Of a stretch of DNA of 64,000 bases, positions 24,627 to 36,934 are shown one piece after another; the first letter of the stretch is position 1, and each line of letters opens with the position of its first letter. The notes beneath the pieces were generated by a model that did no database searches, was not told the origin of the DNA, and was given only the letters and a program-made list of their open reading frames with translations. A program made the position numbers and the translations under genes. The DNA lies in contig NC_043014.1 in the NCBI RefSeq assembly GCF_006345805.1, positions 40,300,001 to 40,364,000 on the forward strand. Direction: 5' to 3'. The stretch is from Octopus sinensis. Its lineage: Eukaryota.

Positions 24627-25425
24627 CATCATCATCATCATCATCGTTTAACGTCCGTTCTCCATGCTAGCATGGGTTGGATGGTTCGACCGGGGATCTG
24701 GGAAGCCAGAAGGCTGCACCAGGCTCCAGTCTTATCTGGCAATGTTTCTACAGCTGAACCTGGGACGAGGTGGTGAAGCACGACCTTCAAACTTTAGGTC
24801 TCACCGAGGAAATGACTTGAGACTGAGACCTATGGAAGCATGCTGTGCGTGAGAAGACCCGGCAGGACAAGTGAGGTCATAATCCCATGGCCTACACCTG
24901 GGATGTAGCCAGCCCACTTATGCATTCCTTTCCTTCCTGGGACACAAAACTCCACTTGTGAAGACCTGTTGAGGCAAGTGAAAATCAAAATCAAAATCAT
25001 AATCTATCAACATCAATGGAATTTGTAGCTGTGATACCAGTGCCGGTGGCACATAAGAGAACCATCCGAACATGGCCGTTGCCAGCACCACCCGACTGGC
25101 CTCCGTGCCGGTGGCATGTAAAAGCACCATCCGATCGTGGCCGTCTGCCAGCTTCGCCTGGTCCCCGTGCCGGTGGCATGTAAAAAGCACCATCCGATCG
25201 TGGCTGTCTGCCAGCCTCGTCTGGCACCTCTGTCGGTGGCACGTAAAAAGCACCCACTACACTCTCGGAGTGGTTGGCATTAGGAAGGGCATCCAGCTGT
25301 AGAAACACTACCAGATCAGACTGGGCCTGATGCAGCCTTCTGGCTTCCCAGACCCCAGTTGAACCGTCCAACCCATGCTAGCATGGAAAATGGACGTTAA
25401 ATGATGATGATAATGATGATGATGA
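24627..25425. mobile_element. RTE element with 3' ends at both termini (inverted)
   Basis: Minus-strand tail fragment 24627-~24756 is joined to a plus-strand ORF end (TWDEVVKHDLQTLGLTEE...AVREKTRQDK*) with full 3' UTR and (GAT)n tail. Confidence 0.75.
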
Positions 25426-25632
25426 TATCCCCCCATTTATTACTTTTGTAAGATTCTTGATATGTAAACATGTGTTTCAACACATATTGTTTTACTTGGG
25501 AATGGTCATCTTTTTAATTGGCAAAAGATAGCCATCCCCAAGTAGGCAAATATATATTAGTATAAATATATGTATGTATGTATAAAGTCCCTTAATATTT
25601 TACATTCAATATATATATATATATATATGTAC

Positions 25633-25742
<110 letters not shown>

Positions 25743-25743
25743 G

Positions 25744-25775
<32 letters not shown>

Positions 25776-25780
25776 ATATG

Positions 25781-25862
<82 letters not shown>

Positions 25863-26139
25863 CACACTGGCTCCAGTGCAGGTGGCACGTAAAAAGCACC
25901 CACTACACCACGGAGTGATTGGCGTTAAGAAGGGCATCCAGCTGTAGAAACATTGCCAGATCAGACTGGAGCCTGGTGCAGCCTTCTGGCTTCCCAGACC
26001 CCGGTCGAACCGTCCAACCCATGCTAGCATGGAGAACGGACGTTACACGATGATGATGATGATGATTTCATCTATTCAATAAGACAATCAATACTTCATT
26101 TCATTTTACTATATATACTATTTATTCTATATTAATATT

Positions 26140-26432
26140 ATCACGTGATCACGTGACCAACCAGACCATCAGATGTTGTTACACATCGCTGGTCACAATG
26201 CGTTCGCATTGTTTTAGCCTTCGAATGCTAAGCGAGCAGGCCAACAGAAGAAAGAGTAGGAGAAAGTGTGGTGAAAGAGTACAGCAGGGATCACCACCCC
26301 CTGCCGGAGCCTCGTGGAGCTTTTAGGTGTTTTCGCTCAATAAACACTCACACCAGTCTGGGAATCGAAACCGCGATCCTACGACCGCGAGTTCGCTGCC
26401 CTAACCACTGGGCCATTGCGCCTCCACACATT
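26140..26432 (-). mobile_element. tRNA-Arg-related SINE family 4
   Basis: Head ggcgcaatggcccagtggttagggcagcggacTCGcggtcgtaggatcgcggtttcgattccc; consistent with the tRNA-Arg-related OR SINEs known from octopus (exact family not verified). Copies at about 13965-14355(+), 30838-31140(+), 40340-40625(-), 41815-42125(-), 43735-43930(-), 51277-51580(+). Confidence 0.8.
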
Positions 26433-26526
26433 AATATTATAAAGAATATAAATATAACATAAAAAACAGAGTTGGAATTCCTTGGAATAATATACGTCCC
26501 TCTATACACAATCATACAAACCCTTT

Positions 26527-26558
<32 letters not shown>

Positions 26559-26608
26559 TGTATGTATGTATGTATGTATGATGTGTGTATGTATGTATGT
26601 ATGTATGT

Positions 26609-26639
<31 letters not shown>

Positions 26640-26793
26640 CATATATACATATACATATATACATATACATATATACATATATACATATACATATATATAT
26701 ATATATAATATATATATATATATATTATATATATATATTATATATATATATATATATTATCATCAATACTAGGATAATTCATTCACCTACTTA

Positions 26794-26824
<31 letters not shown>

Positions 26825-27915
26825 GAAAAAGGGAATGGCTGTAGTTGGAGATGTCAGTCAGTTTTGATATACATTCAGACAGTGAGGCAGTGAATATATT
26901 GGTGACTGTGTCAGTCGTGGTAAGAAAGACCAGGCTGATACTGCTTGTGTCAATGCTGGTGGTGGTGGTGGTGGTGGTGGTGGTGGTGGTGATGGTGGTG
27001 GTGGTGGTGGTGAGGAGGATAATTACAGTTGTAATAGCAGATGATATTACTGCTGCTACTGTTAGTGTTGTTGCTGATGATGATGATGATGAATTTTTTT
27101 CCACATTATTGTGGAGTAAATTGTACAATGGATTTTACCAGTGGTGATAAAGAGTAGCAGCCTGTTAGTCATTGAGTTGGTGGTGATAATATGGTAATGA
27201 TGTTGTTGGTGGTGTTGGTGTTGAATGGACGAAGAGTGAAGACATTAGTGATACTGGGCACCGATGATGGTGGTGGTGGTGTGGTGGTGATGGTGGTGGT
27301 GGTAATGATGATGATGATGGTGGTGGTGGTGGTTGTGGTTGTGGTGGTGGTGATGGTGGTGGTGGTAATGATGATGATGATGGTGGTGGTGGTGGTGGTG
27401 GTTGTGGTGGTGGTGGTGGTGGTGGTGGTGATATTGTTGATACTAACTCTTTTGTCACCAACTCTTTTGTAGCCGATCCTTATTTCTATTGATACAAACT
27501 TCCTATTTTAAAGCAATGTAAATTAAAGACTGCCAACAAAATGTCATATTAATCTGTGTTCCAAATACTATCCTAATAACAGTTTCTGGTTTAGACACAA
27601 GGCCAGCAATTTTGTGAGATTGATGCAAGTTGATTATGTCAACCCCAGTACTTGTCTGGTCCTTTATTTTGTTGATCCTGAAAAAAAACAAAAGGCAAAG
27701 CTCAACTTAACAGGATTTGAACTCAGAATGTAAGGATCTGGAAGGATCTGTCATAGAGCATTTTGTCCAGCTTGCTAACAATTCTGCCAGTTCACTGCCT
27801 ACTCTGAATCAGTACTGTTTTTTTATTGACCCTGAAAGGGTGGATGGCAGGATTTCAAATCAGAATATAAAAAGCTGGATGAATTGCCACTGAGCATTTT
27901 GCCTAGCATACTAAC

Positions 27916-28325
27916 CTGGACACTAAAGAAAGCTGACCAGAAGAGAATTAATGCATTCGAGCTTTGGTGTTGGAGAAGACTTTTACGAATTCCATGGACA
28001 GCGAGGCTCACCAATAGAGAAGTTCTTAAGCAGATCAGGCCGAAAATGTTGCTAGAAGCTAGGATCACCAAGCATAGATTGGCATATTTCAGTCTTTTGT
28101 GGAGAAAATCCCTGGAGAAGGACATCATGCTCAGAATGGTCAGTGGCAAGAGAGGAAGAGGCTGACCAAGAACCCGCTGGCTTGACACCATCGAGAGTGA
28201 TACCGGAATGGATATAGCCAATCTGAAAGAAGCGGCCCAGGATAGAACTGACTGGAGGACACTGATCCAACGAGTAACCGAGAGTCGTCTTCGACTGAGT
28301 GATAGATAGATAGATAGATATATAG
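27916..28325 (+). mobile_element. 5'-truncated RTE-BovB-like LINE with (GATA)n tail
   Basis: WTLKKADQKRINAFELWCWRRLLRIPWTAR.TN.EVL; candidate TSD actaac at 27910-27915 and 28326-28331. Confidence 0.85.
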
Positions 28326-29225
28326 ACTAACGATTCTACCAGTTTCTTAATGATCACAAAATGGCTCAGTGTTTAAAGTATTGGGCTCGCAATCTTGAGA
28401 TAGTGAGTTCAATTCCTGGACCAGGTGGTGTGTTGTGTTCTTGAGCGAACCACTTTATTTCACACTGCTCCAGTTCACTCAGCTGTTAAAATGAGATGCA
28501 ACATCACTGTATTGGCCTTTGCCTTTCCCTTGTACAACATTAGTGGCACAGAGAGGGAAACCTGGTATGCAAGGGCAACTGCTGGTCTTCCATAATCAAA
28601 TATGGCCAGACTTGTACCTTGGTGTGGAAGTTTCTAGGTGCAATCCCATGGTCATTCATGACCAAAGGGGGACTTTATCCTTCTTAGTTATTGTACTAAC
28701 TTCTTTATTATCTCAAAATTAAATGAGAAAAAAATACAGAGGTGGTGGAGGACACAAGATATTTCAACAGAAATATGGTTACACACACAAACACACACAT
28801 GATAAGCTTCTTTCAGTTTCCTTGTACCAAATCCACTCAGAAGGTTTTGCTCAGCCCAATGCTATAGTCAAAAATACTTGCCCAACGTGCCACTCAGTGG
28901 GACTGAACCCAGGACCATGTGCTAATGTTGCTATTCATGTTTAACTCCTAGTCAGTCATAATTCAAGTGAAAAGCTTTCTGGTCAGGCCGTGACCAAGGC
29001 CATTTTGAGTCCAGGAATAGTGTATCTAGGACTACACTTGTCATTATCCTTTACCAAAATGAAAGAGTAGGAGTAACTGTGTGGTAAGTAGTTTGCTTAC
29101 CAACTACATGGTTCCGGGTTCAGTCCCACTGCGTGGCACCTTGGGCAAGTGTCTTCTACTATAGCCTCGGGCCGACCAAAGCCTTTTGAGTGGATTTGGT
29201 AGACGGAAACTGAAAGAAGTCCGTT

Positions 29226-29257
<32 letters not shown>

Positions 29258-29840
29258 ATGTGTTTGTGTGTCTGTGTTTGTCCCCCTAGCATTGCATGAC
29301 AACCGATGCTGGTGTGTTTACGTCCTCGTAACTTATCGGTTTGGCAAAAGAGACCGCTAGAATAAGTACTAGGCTTACAAAGAATTAGTCCTGGGGTCGA
29401 TTTGCTCGACTAAAAGGTGGTGCTCCAGCATGGCCACAGTCAAATGACTGAAACAAGTAAAAGAGTAAAAGAGTAAAGAGAGTTTGATTTTAGAGACAAT
29501 TGCTGTTGTTTCTTGCAAGTTGAACAACCAGATAAACGTCCCCTCATTTGGTGATCGTGTAGGTGTTGTTGCTGAGGAGTGTGGTGTATGTTAGGCATGC
29601 TCAGTACTTCTTTTAGTATCACTTTACTGGGTTGGTGATTATGTTTACAAGAATATTTTATTTAAATGCTTTATAGTGTTTAGTCTAGTTGCTCTGTTAT
29701 GAGTTAAAAATTCTTGGAACAAGAGGGTAAGTTGCAGCTGTTTGGATGTCAACAATTTGGAATAGCTGACTGGACCTTCAACCCATTTGGGTGATAGTAT
29801 TTCTGAAGTGCTGGAAGCAAACATGCACACATGTGCACGT

Positions 29841-30835
29841 CATCATCATCATCATCGTTTAACATCCGTTTTCTGTGCTAGCACGGGTTGGACAGTTCGA
29901 CCGGGGTCTGGCAAGCCAGGAGGCTGCACCAGGCTCCAATCTGATCTGGCAGTGTTTCTACAGCTGGATGCCCTTCCTAACGCCAACCACTCCGTGAGTG
30001 TAGTGGGTGCTTTTTACATGCCACCAGCACAGGTGGCAGGGGAGGCTGGCAATGGCCACGATTGGTTAGTGCTTTTTACGTGCCACCGGCACAGGTATCA
30101 CAACTGCAATCTCCATTTGATATTTATTTTGATGCTGATGTTGATGCACTTGACTCAGTAGGTCTCCTCAAGCACAGCAGGTCACCCTACGATCTAAGGT
30201 AATCACAACAGGTCGTTCTGCATTCCAAGGTACTTTGGATGGGCTGGTGCCATGCAAAACTGGTGCAGGAAACAGCCATGAACTCACATTATTTGTTGGG
30301 TCTTTGCAGTCACAGCATATCTCCAGAGATCTTGGTCTTTCGTCATTGCCTCTGTGAGGCCCAATGTTTGAAGGTCATGCTTGACCACCTCATCCCATGT
30401 CTTCCTGGGTCTACCTCTCCCCCGGATACCTTCAACTGTTTGGGAGTGGCACTTCTTCACACATCTCTCCTCATCCATCCATAGTACATGACCATACCAG
30501 CGCAAACGTCTCTCTTGCACACCACATCCGATACTTCTTATGTCCAGCATTTCTCTCAGGGTGCTTACACTCTGTCGTGTGTGCACACTGACATTACACA
30601 TCCAGCGGATCATGCTAGCTTCATTTCTTTCAAGCCTATGTTTCACTACCGTGAAGCATGGTAGTTCGCACACATGCATCGTACCATCTACCTTTCACTC
30701 TGAGCGAGAGACCCTTTGTCACCAGTAGGTGTAGAAGCTTTCTAAACTTTGCCCAGGCTATTCGTATTCTAATTGTGACACTCTCTGAGCATCCACCTCC
30801 ACTACTAACTTGGTCATGTGTGCAGAAATATATGC
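29841..30835 (-). mobile_element. 5'-truncated RTE LINE with ORF end plus 3' UTR
   Basis: TMLHGSET, RLRWYGHVLWM and RGRGRPRKTWDEVVK motifs, continuing into the palindrome-bearing UTR and (GAT)n tail. Confidence 0.85.
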
Positions 30836-31420
30836 ATGGTGGAGGCACATGGCCTAGTGGTTAGAGCAGTGGATTCGAGGTCGAGGGATTGCGGGTTCGA
30901 ATCTCAGATCGGGCGATGTGTGTGTTTATGAGCGAAACACCTAAGCTCCATGCGGCTCCGGCAGAAAGTAATGGAGAACTTCTGCTGACTCTTTCGCCAC
31001 AACTTTCTCTCACTCTCTCCTCCTGCATCTTGCAGCTCACCTGTGACGGACTGGCATCCCGTCCAGGTGGGGAACCTATACGCCAAGGAAACCGTGAAAC
31101 CGGCCCTTATGAGCCTGGCATGGCTCGAGAAGGAAGCATGAGAATGAGAAAGACAGAGAGACAGACAAACAAACAGAGACAGAGAGACATTATAGTTTAC
31201 TAACAAATACGACTGACAAGCATTTTCTCTCTCTTTCTCTGTGGAAGGATCGTTATTAGGTGCGGGTATGGTTGTGTGGTAAGAAGCTTGTTTCCCAACC
31301 ACATGGTCGTGAGTTCAGTCCCATTGTGTGGCACATTGGGCAAATATTTTTGACTATAGCCTTGGGCTGAGCAAAACCTTGTGAGTGGATTTGGAAGAAG
31401 GAAACTGAAAGAAGCTCATC

Positions 31421-31455
<35 letters not shown>

Positions 31456-31770
31456 TTTATGTCTGTGTTTGTCCCCCACCTCCACGTGACAACTGGTGTT
31501 GGTGAGTTTATGTCCCTGTAACTTATCAGTGCAGCAAACGAAAAGAAACTGATTAAATACATACCATGCTTAACAGCAAAAAATTTGTACTTGGGGATGA
31601 TTCATTCAACTAAAAATCCTTCAAGGCATTGCCCCAGCATGGCCGCTGTCTAATGACTGAAATAAATAAAAGATAAAAGATACACAAACTATATGAGTGG
31701 ATTTGGTAGACGGAAACTGAAAGAAGCCCGTTGTATATATATAAATATATATATGTATATATATATATAT

Positions 31771-31829
31771 ATAACCGAAGAGATGGTGTTGTGGATTTCC
31801 ACTTCGGCATCTGAAACTCAGAGTTTTAT
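31771..31829 (+). ncRNA. Degenerate hammerhead-like motif
   Basis: ATAA-CCGAAGA-GATG...CATC-T-GAAA-CTC(A)GAG-TT-TTAT; core U4C and one extra nucleotide before GAAA. Confidence 0.3.
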
Positions 31830-31936
31830 CTTGACTACCGAGTAATGTAACATATTATTGTATAGATAAATTTCCTCTATTTACATAATATTGAGGTCAC
31901 TTTCTTTCTTTTGTTATCTTACCGTTTTATCAATAT

Positions 31937-31994
<58 letters not shown>

Positions 31995-31995
<1 letters not shown>

Positions 31996-32465
31996 AAGTA
32001 GTAAATATATGGCACAACGAAGTACCGATATTTACTGGAAATAGCGAACGTAATAATACGACGCTAATGTATAGCTTCACTGCGTATGTACTAGCAAAAA
32101 TGCGTGTGTGCAACAAACTAGAAAAAATTGTCTTACCTCCAGGGAGAACATCTGAAAGATGAAATACCTGGAAAAGGATAATGTGGGACCTGCGCAGGTT
32201 TCAGATTTTTCAAGATATGTCTGCACCCATAAACTTGATCTATCTTCATCAGCCAAACATATACCACGACAAAATTTCAGATGTTACCACATTAATGCCA
32301 TTACACTCGACTGAAACGCCGAAACGCTAACAGCACGAGAACGGTGAAGAAGTTTCAATAAATTAGTAATGCAATACTAGAGTATTGCTTTCCAGTAAAG
32401 AATAGCCCATGAGGGAAAAATATACAAAGAAGTAAATATATGGCACAACGAAGTACCGATATTTA
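31995..32465 (-). mobile_element. 431-bp hammerhead-bearing unit with 40-bp terminal direct repeats, flanked by (TA)n (retrozyme-like or Penelope terminal repeat)
   Basis: agtaaatatatggcacaacgaagtaccgatattta is identical at 32000-32034 and 32431-32465. Confidence 0.65.
32181..32260 (-). ncRNA. Type I hammerhead ribozyme motif with canonical CUGAUGA/GAAA/GUC core (family B)
   Basis: Minus strand: AUGUUUGG-CUGAUGA-AGAU...AUCU-GAAA-CCUGCGCAGG-UC-CCACAU. Stem III is a perfect 12-nt palindrome (32188-32199). Extended stem II (AGAU/AUCU, CAAG/CUUG, UAUG/CAUA). Confidence 0.8.
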
Positions 32466-32514
32466 TATATATATATTTATATATATATATTATATATATA
32501 TATTTATATATATA

Positions 32515-32573
<59 letters not shown>

Positions 32574-33370
32574 TTATATATATATGTACATACATATATA
32601 TATATATGTACATATATGTATATATATATATATGATTTGAAAAAGACTGTATTTTTGAAAAACTTTCTTTTCTAGAATTATAATCTCCATACTTTTAAGC
32701 ATGAAATTCTGAAAGAATTTTCAAAAAAGTAAAAATAAATAAATAGATAATTAAAAAATAAAATAAAAATAAAGAGAAAAATTGGTAAGGAATGGGATGG
32801 AGGGGATTAAAATTTTGGAATGCTGCTTTTTTTGCTTTTTTTGCAAAATTGTCATCTCTTTTGTTGCAAACATCAATCTGATGGAATTTTTTGGAGATAA
32901 AAAAGAAGAAAATAAAACTATGAGTGTGAGTGACTGTGTGACACATGTATACCATCGATTTCATGCTACCACTGCTTGACAATCGGTATTGGTGTGCTTA
33001 AGTCCCTGTAACTTAGTTGTTTGGCAAAAGAGACCGACAGAATAAGTACCAGGCATTAAGGTGGGGAATATATATATATATACGATTCATTTGTGTAAAA
33101 TCCTTCAAGTCAGTGCTTGAGACACTTACTCAAAGTGCCCTGCAACAGAACTGAACCTCGAACTAAATGTCTAAATAGGAAGGTCACTTTATACTCTGAT
33201 ATAATTTAAATATTCGCCAATTGCTCTGCAACTCCAACCAAGAGAAAGAAAAACAAAATAACAAACTTGCTAAGCACACATTCTTCCATTTAAATCAACT
33301 CAAAGACATACAAACACACACATTAATAATTATACTCGTTATATATATATTGTATATATATGTGTGTGTA

Positions 33371-33437
<67 letters not shown>

Positions 33438-34004
33438 ATCATCGTTTAACATCCGCTTTCCATGCTAGCATGGGTTGGACAGTTTGACTGAGGACTGGCG
33501 AACCAGATGGCAGCACCAGGCTCCAATCTGATCTGGCAGAGTTTCTACAACTGGATGCCCTTCCTAACGCCAACCACTCTGAGAGTGTAGTGGGTGCTTT
33601 TACGTGCCACCAGCATGAGGGCCAGTCAGGCGGTACTGGCAACAGCCACGCTCAAATGGTGTTTTTTTACGTGCCACCTGCACAGGAGCCTGTCCAGTGG
33701 CACTGGTAACGACCTTGCTCGAATGTTTTTTCCCTGTGCCAGTAAGGCAACGCTGGTAACGATCATGCTTGAATGGTGCTTTTTACGTGCCACCGGCATG
33801 GAAGCCAGTTAGCTGCTCTGGCAACAATCACGCTCAGATGGTGCTCTTAGCACTCCACTAGCATGAATGCCAGTCATCAAATTTGATTTCAATTTCGATT
33901 TCACTTGCCTCAACATATATATATATATACACACACACACATATATATCCTTTTATCATTCTATTGGTTTCAGTATGTGAACTGTGGTCATGCTGGAGCA
34001 CCAC

Positions 34005-34079
<75 letters not shown>

Positions 34080-34176
34080 TTCCCCATCACTGCTTGACAA
34101 CCGGTATTGGTGTGTTTAAGTCCCTGTAACTTAGTGGTTTGGCAAAATAGACTGACAGAATAAGTACCAGGCATTA

Positions 34177-34258
34177 AGGTGCCAGACGGAGCTGGCAAAC
34201 AGCCAATATATATATATATATATATATATTGGCTGTTTGCCAGCTCCGTCTGGCACCT
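34177..34258. repeat. Perfect 82-bp palindrome centred on (AT)12
   Basis: aggtgccagacggagctggcaaacagcca-(at)n-tggctgtttgccagctccgtctggcacct. Confidence 0.9.
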
Positions 34259-34466
34259 GTGCGGGTGGCACGTAAAAAGCATCCACTACACTCACGGAGT
34301 GGTTGGCGTTAGGAAGGGCATCCAGCCGTAGAAACACTGCCAGATCAGACTGGGCCTGATGCAGCCTTCTGGCTTCACAGACCCCAGTTGAACCGTCCAA
34401 CCCATGCTAGCATGGAAAGCAGACGCTAAATGATGATGATGATGATGATGATGATATTGTATATAT

Positions 34467-34508
<42 letters not shown>

Positions 34509-34735
34509 CTGTTTGCCAGCTCCGTCTGGCACCTGTGCGGGTGGCACGTAAAAAGCATCCACTACACTCACGGAGTGGTTGGCGTTAGGAAGGGCATCCA
34601 GCCGTAGAAACACTGCCAGATCAGACTGGGCCTGATGCAGCCTTCTGGCTTCACAGACCCCAGTTGAACCGTCCAACCCATGCTAGCATGGAAAGCAGAC
34701 GCTAAATGATGATGATGATGATGATGATGATATTG

Positions 34736-34769
<34 letters not shown>

Positions 34770-35210
34770 CATACACACACACACATATATATCTTTTATA
34801 TCATTCTATTGGTTTCATTATGTGGACTGTGGTCATGCTGGAGCACCACCTATATGTGTGTGTGTGTGTGTTTGTTCCCCATCACTGCTTGACAACTGGT
34901 ATTGGTGTGTTTAAGTCCCTGTAACTTAGTTGTTTGGCAAAAGAGACCGACAGAATAAGTACCAGGCATTAAGGTGGAGAAAATATATATATATATATAC
35001 GATTCATTTGAGTAAAATCCTTCAAGTCAGTGCTTGAGACACTCACTCAAAGTGCCCTGCAACAGAATTGAACCGCGAACTAAATGGTTGGGAAAGGTAA
35101 TTTCTTAACTGCACAGCAACATCTGTGCCTATTTGTGCAAACATATTAATAATGAACATGATATTGTATAATAATTGTATAATAATTGTATTTTCTTTTA
35201 ATACTTTTAG

Positions 35211-35412
35211 GAAGTAGCAAATTCTTTGGAAGAATTCTCCCATTATCACATACTTTGGGATGTTGATCGAAATAAAAGCTTAGAAAGATTTCTTCAAGAA
35301 GACCCAAGTCTCTCTGACTTTGAATCAAATATTATTTACTATGAACAACTTGAGAACAAAATCTACCAAGAACCTGAATATTTTGATGTGGGATCAATTG
35401 CAATATATACAG
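35211..35412 (+). CDS. DNAH5: Dynein heavy chain exon 8 (follows a ~15.1-kb intron)
   Basis: cttttag|GAA ... ACA G|gtagat; PSLSDFESNIIYYEQLENKIYQEPEYFDVGSIAIYT. Confidence 0.93.
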
Positions 35413-35762
35413 GTAGATAGCTATTTTAATTAATGACCAAAGTGGGTCTGTACTCTTTTACCCTTTATACTCAAACATCTCAAAAGTAAATAGACACCCC
35501 TGATTATACTTTTTTATCTATGTGGACCCTACTTTGTATAGACAGATATAATTATATGTACGTATATAGTTGGTAATATGGCACATATGTACTTTACAAA
35601 GTACAGCACACTTTGTCTTAGTAGGGTATTTTTCACCAGAATGTTTAACAAATATTCATGGTTATTATGAATTATTAGGATGTGTGATATATGTCCGTAT
35701 AGAAACTAATCAGATAGAAAAATTTTGTAATGACAGTAATAAACTAATTTTCTTTGATCGTT

Positions 35763-36098
35763 TATGAATCAGGAGCACTCCGTCGGTTACGACAACGAGG
35801 GTCCCAGCTGATACGATCAACAGAACAGCTTGCTCGTGAAATTAACGTGCAAGTGGCTGAGCACTCCACAGACACGTGTACCCTTAATGTAGTTCTCGGG
35901 GAGATTCGGCATGACACAGAGTGTGACAAGGCTGGCCCTTTTTGAAATACAGGTACTACTCTTTTTTGCCAGCTGAGTGGACTGGAGCAACGTGAAATGA
36001 AGTGTTTTGCTCAAGGACACAACACGTCACCAGGAATCGAACTCACAACCTTACGATCATGAGCCGAATGCCCTAACCACTAAGCCATGCGCCCTCAC
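35763..36098 (-). mobile_element. tRNA-headed SINE family 5
   Basis: Minus strand gcgcatggcttagtggttagggcattcggctcatgatc...gtgagttcgattcctgg head followed by a core also seen at ~28370-28490, 37250-37390, 42230-42355 and 52630-52780. Confidence 0.7.
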
Positions 36099-36233
36099 TT
36101 CATTTATGAATAATTAACACTATAATCTTATGGTGTTATTGTATTCACAAGAGAATATTTCAAGATTTCCACACTTCTACAATGCATAATAAATTACGAT
36201 ACATATAATGATACAAGATTTGAAGAAAATATA

Positions 36234-36669
36234 CATGTTGGATCTTTTCGGTTTGAACTGCAGTTTTTTCTGGTGGTGTCATATGAAATTGTCACCCATA
36301 ATTATGACCCTAGTATCGCTCTATTGCATTTCAATCTGTTTTAGGGTTAGGGTTAGGGGTGGGGGGAAGGGTATCTTTTTTTTTCTTCAGAAATGTAAAT
36401 AAACCCAATCTGTTTCTTAAACGAGGGACATATTCATACGGCACAGAATGTTTTCACCTCAATAGACAGTCATTGATTGGTTGAAATTGCAGAAATTGAA
36501 GAAAATAAAACAACAAATGTCTTACAAAATATAGAATTTTCTCAATAAAGCCAAGAGGAAAAGATGTTTTATATAAACACATTCTACCAGTATACGAAGT
36601 TTAAAACTTTTTAGTTACCTAGAAACTATTTTAAAAAACTGCCATTCAAACCGAAAAAAATCCTACATG
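36234..36669. mobile_element. MITE with ~36-bp TIRs and internal (TTAGGG)3
   Basis: catgttggatcttttcggtttgaactgcagtttttt / aaaaaactgccattcaaaccgaaaaaaatcctacatg; TTAGGG x3 at 36341-36358. Confidence 0.7.
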
Positions 36670-36698
36670 TTCTTATCTCAGAGCTTGTTTATTTATAG

Positions 36699-36934
36699 AA
36701 AAACTTCGATTTGGACTTCTTACGGAAACTACAACATGGCGGCAACATTACGGCAAGGCCTGCAACAACAAATACAGAACTGATATGGAAGAAAACTTTA
36801 CTTTTATTGCGGATCTTAGCAAGAGACTAAATCGACCAATAATAGACCTGGATGATGTAAGACATGCCATGGCAGCATTGAAAGAAATCAGGGAAAATGA
36901 GATAAGAATTGAAATGAGTATTGGCCCAATTGAG
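36699..36934 (+). CDS. DNAH5: Dynein heavy chain exon 9 (absent from the ORF track)
   Basis: tttatag|AA ... GAG|gtaagt, phase 1 to 0; KRLNRPIIDLDDVRHAMAALKEIRENEIRIEMSIGPIE. Confidence 0.93.

Noticed and set aside
26140-26157. Tandem E-box CACGTG as a regulatory site
   Set aside because: It is the repeated tail of SINE family 4; there is no independent evidence of function.
36341-36358. Interstitial telomere
   Set aside because: Only three TTAGGG units, and they are internal to a TIR-bounded MITE.
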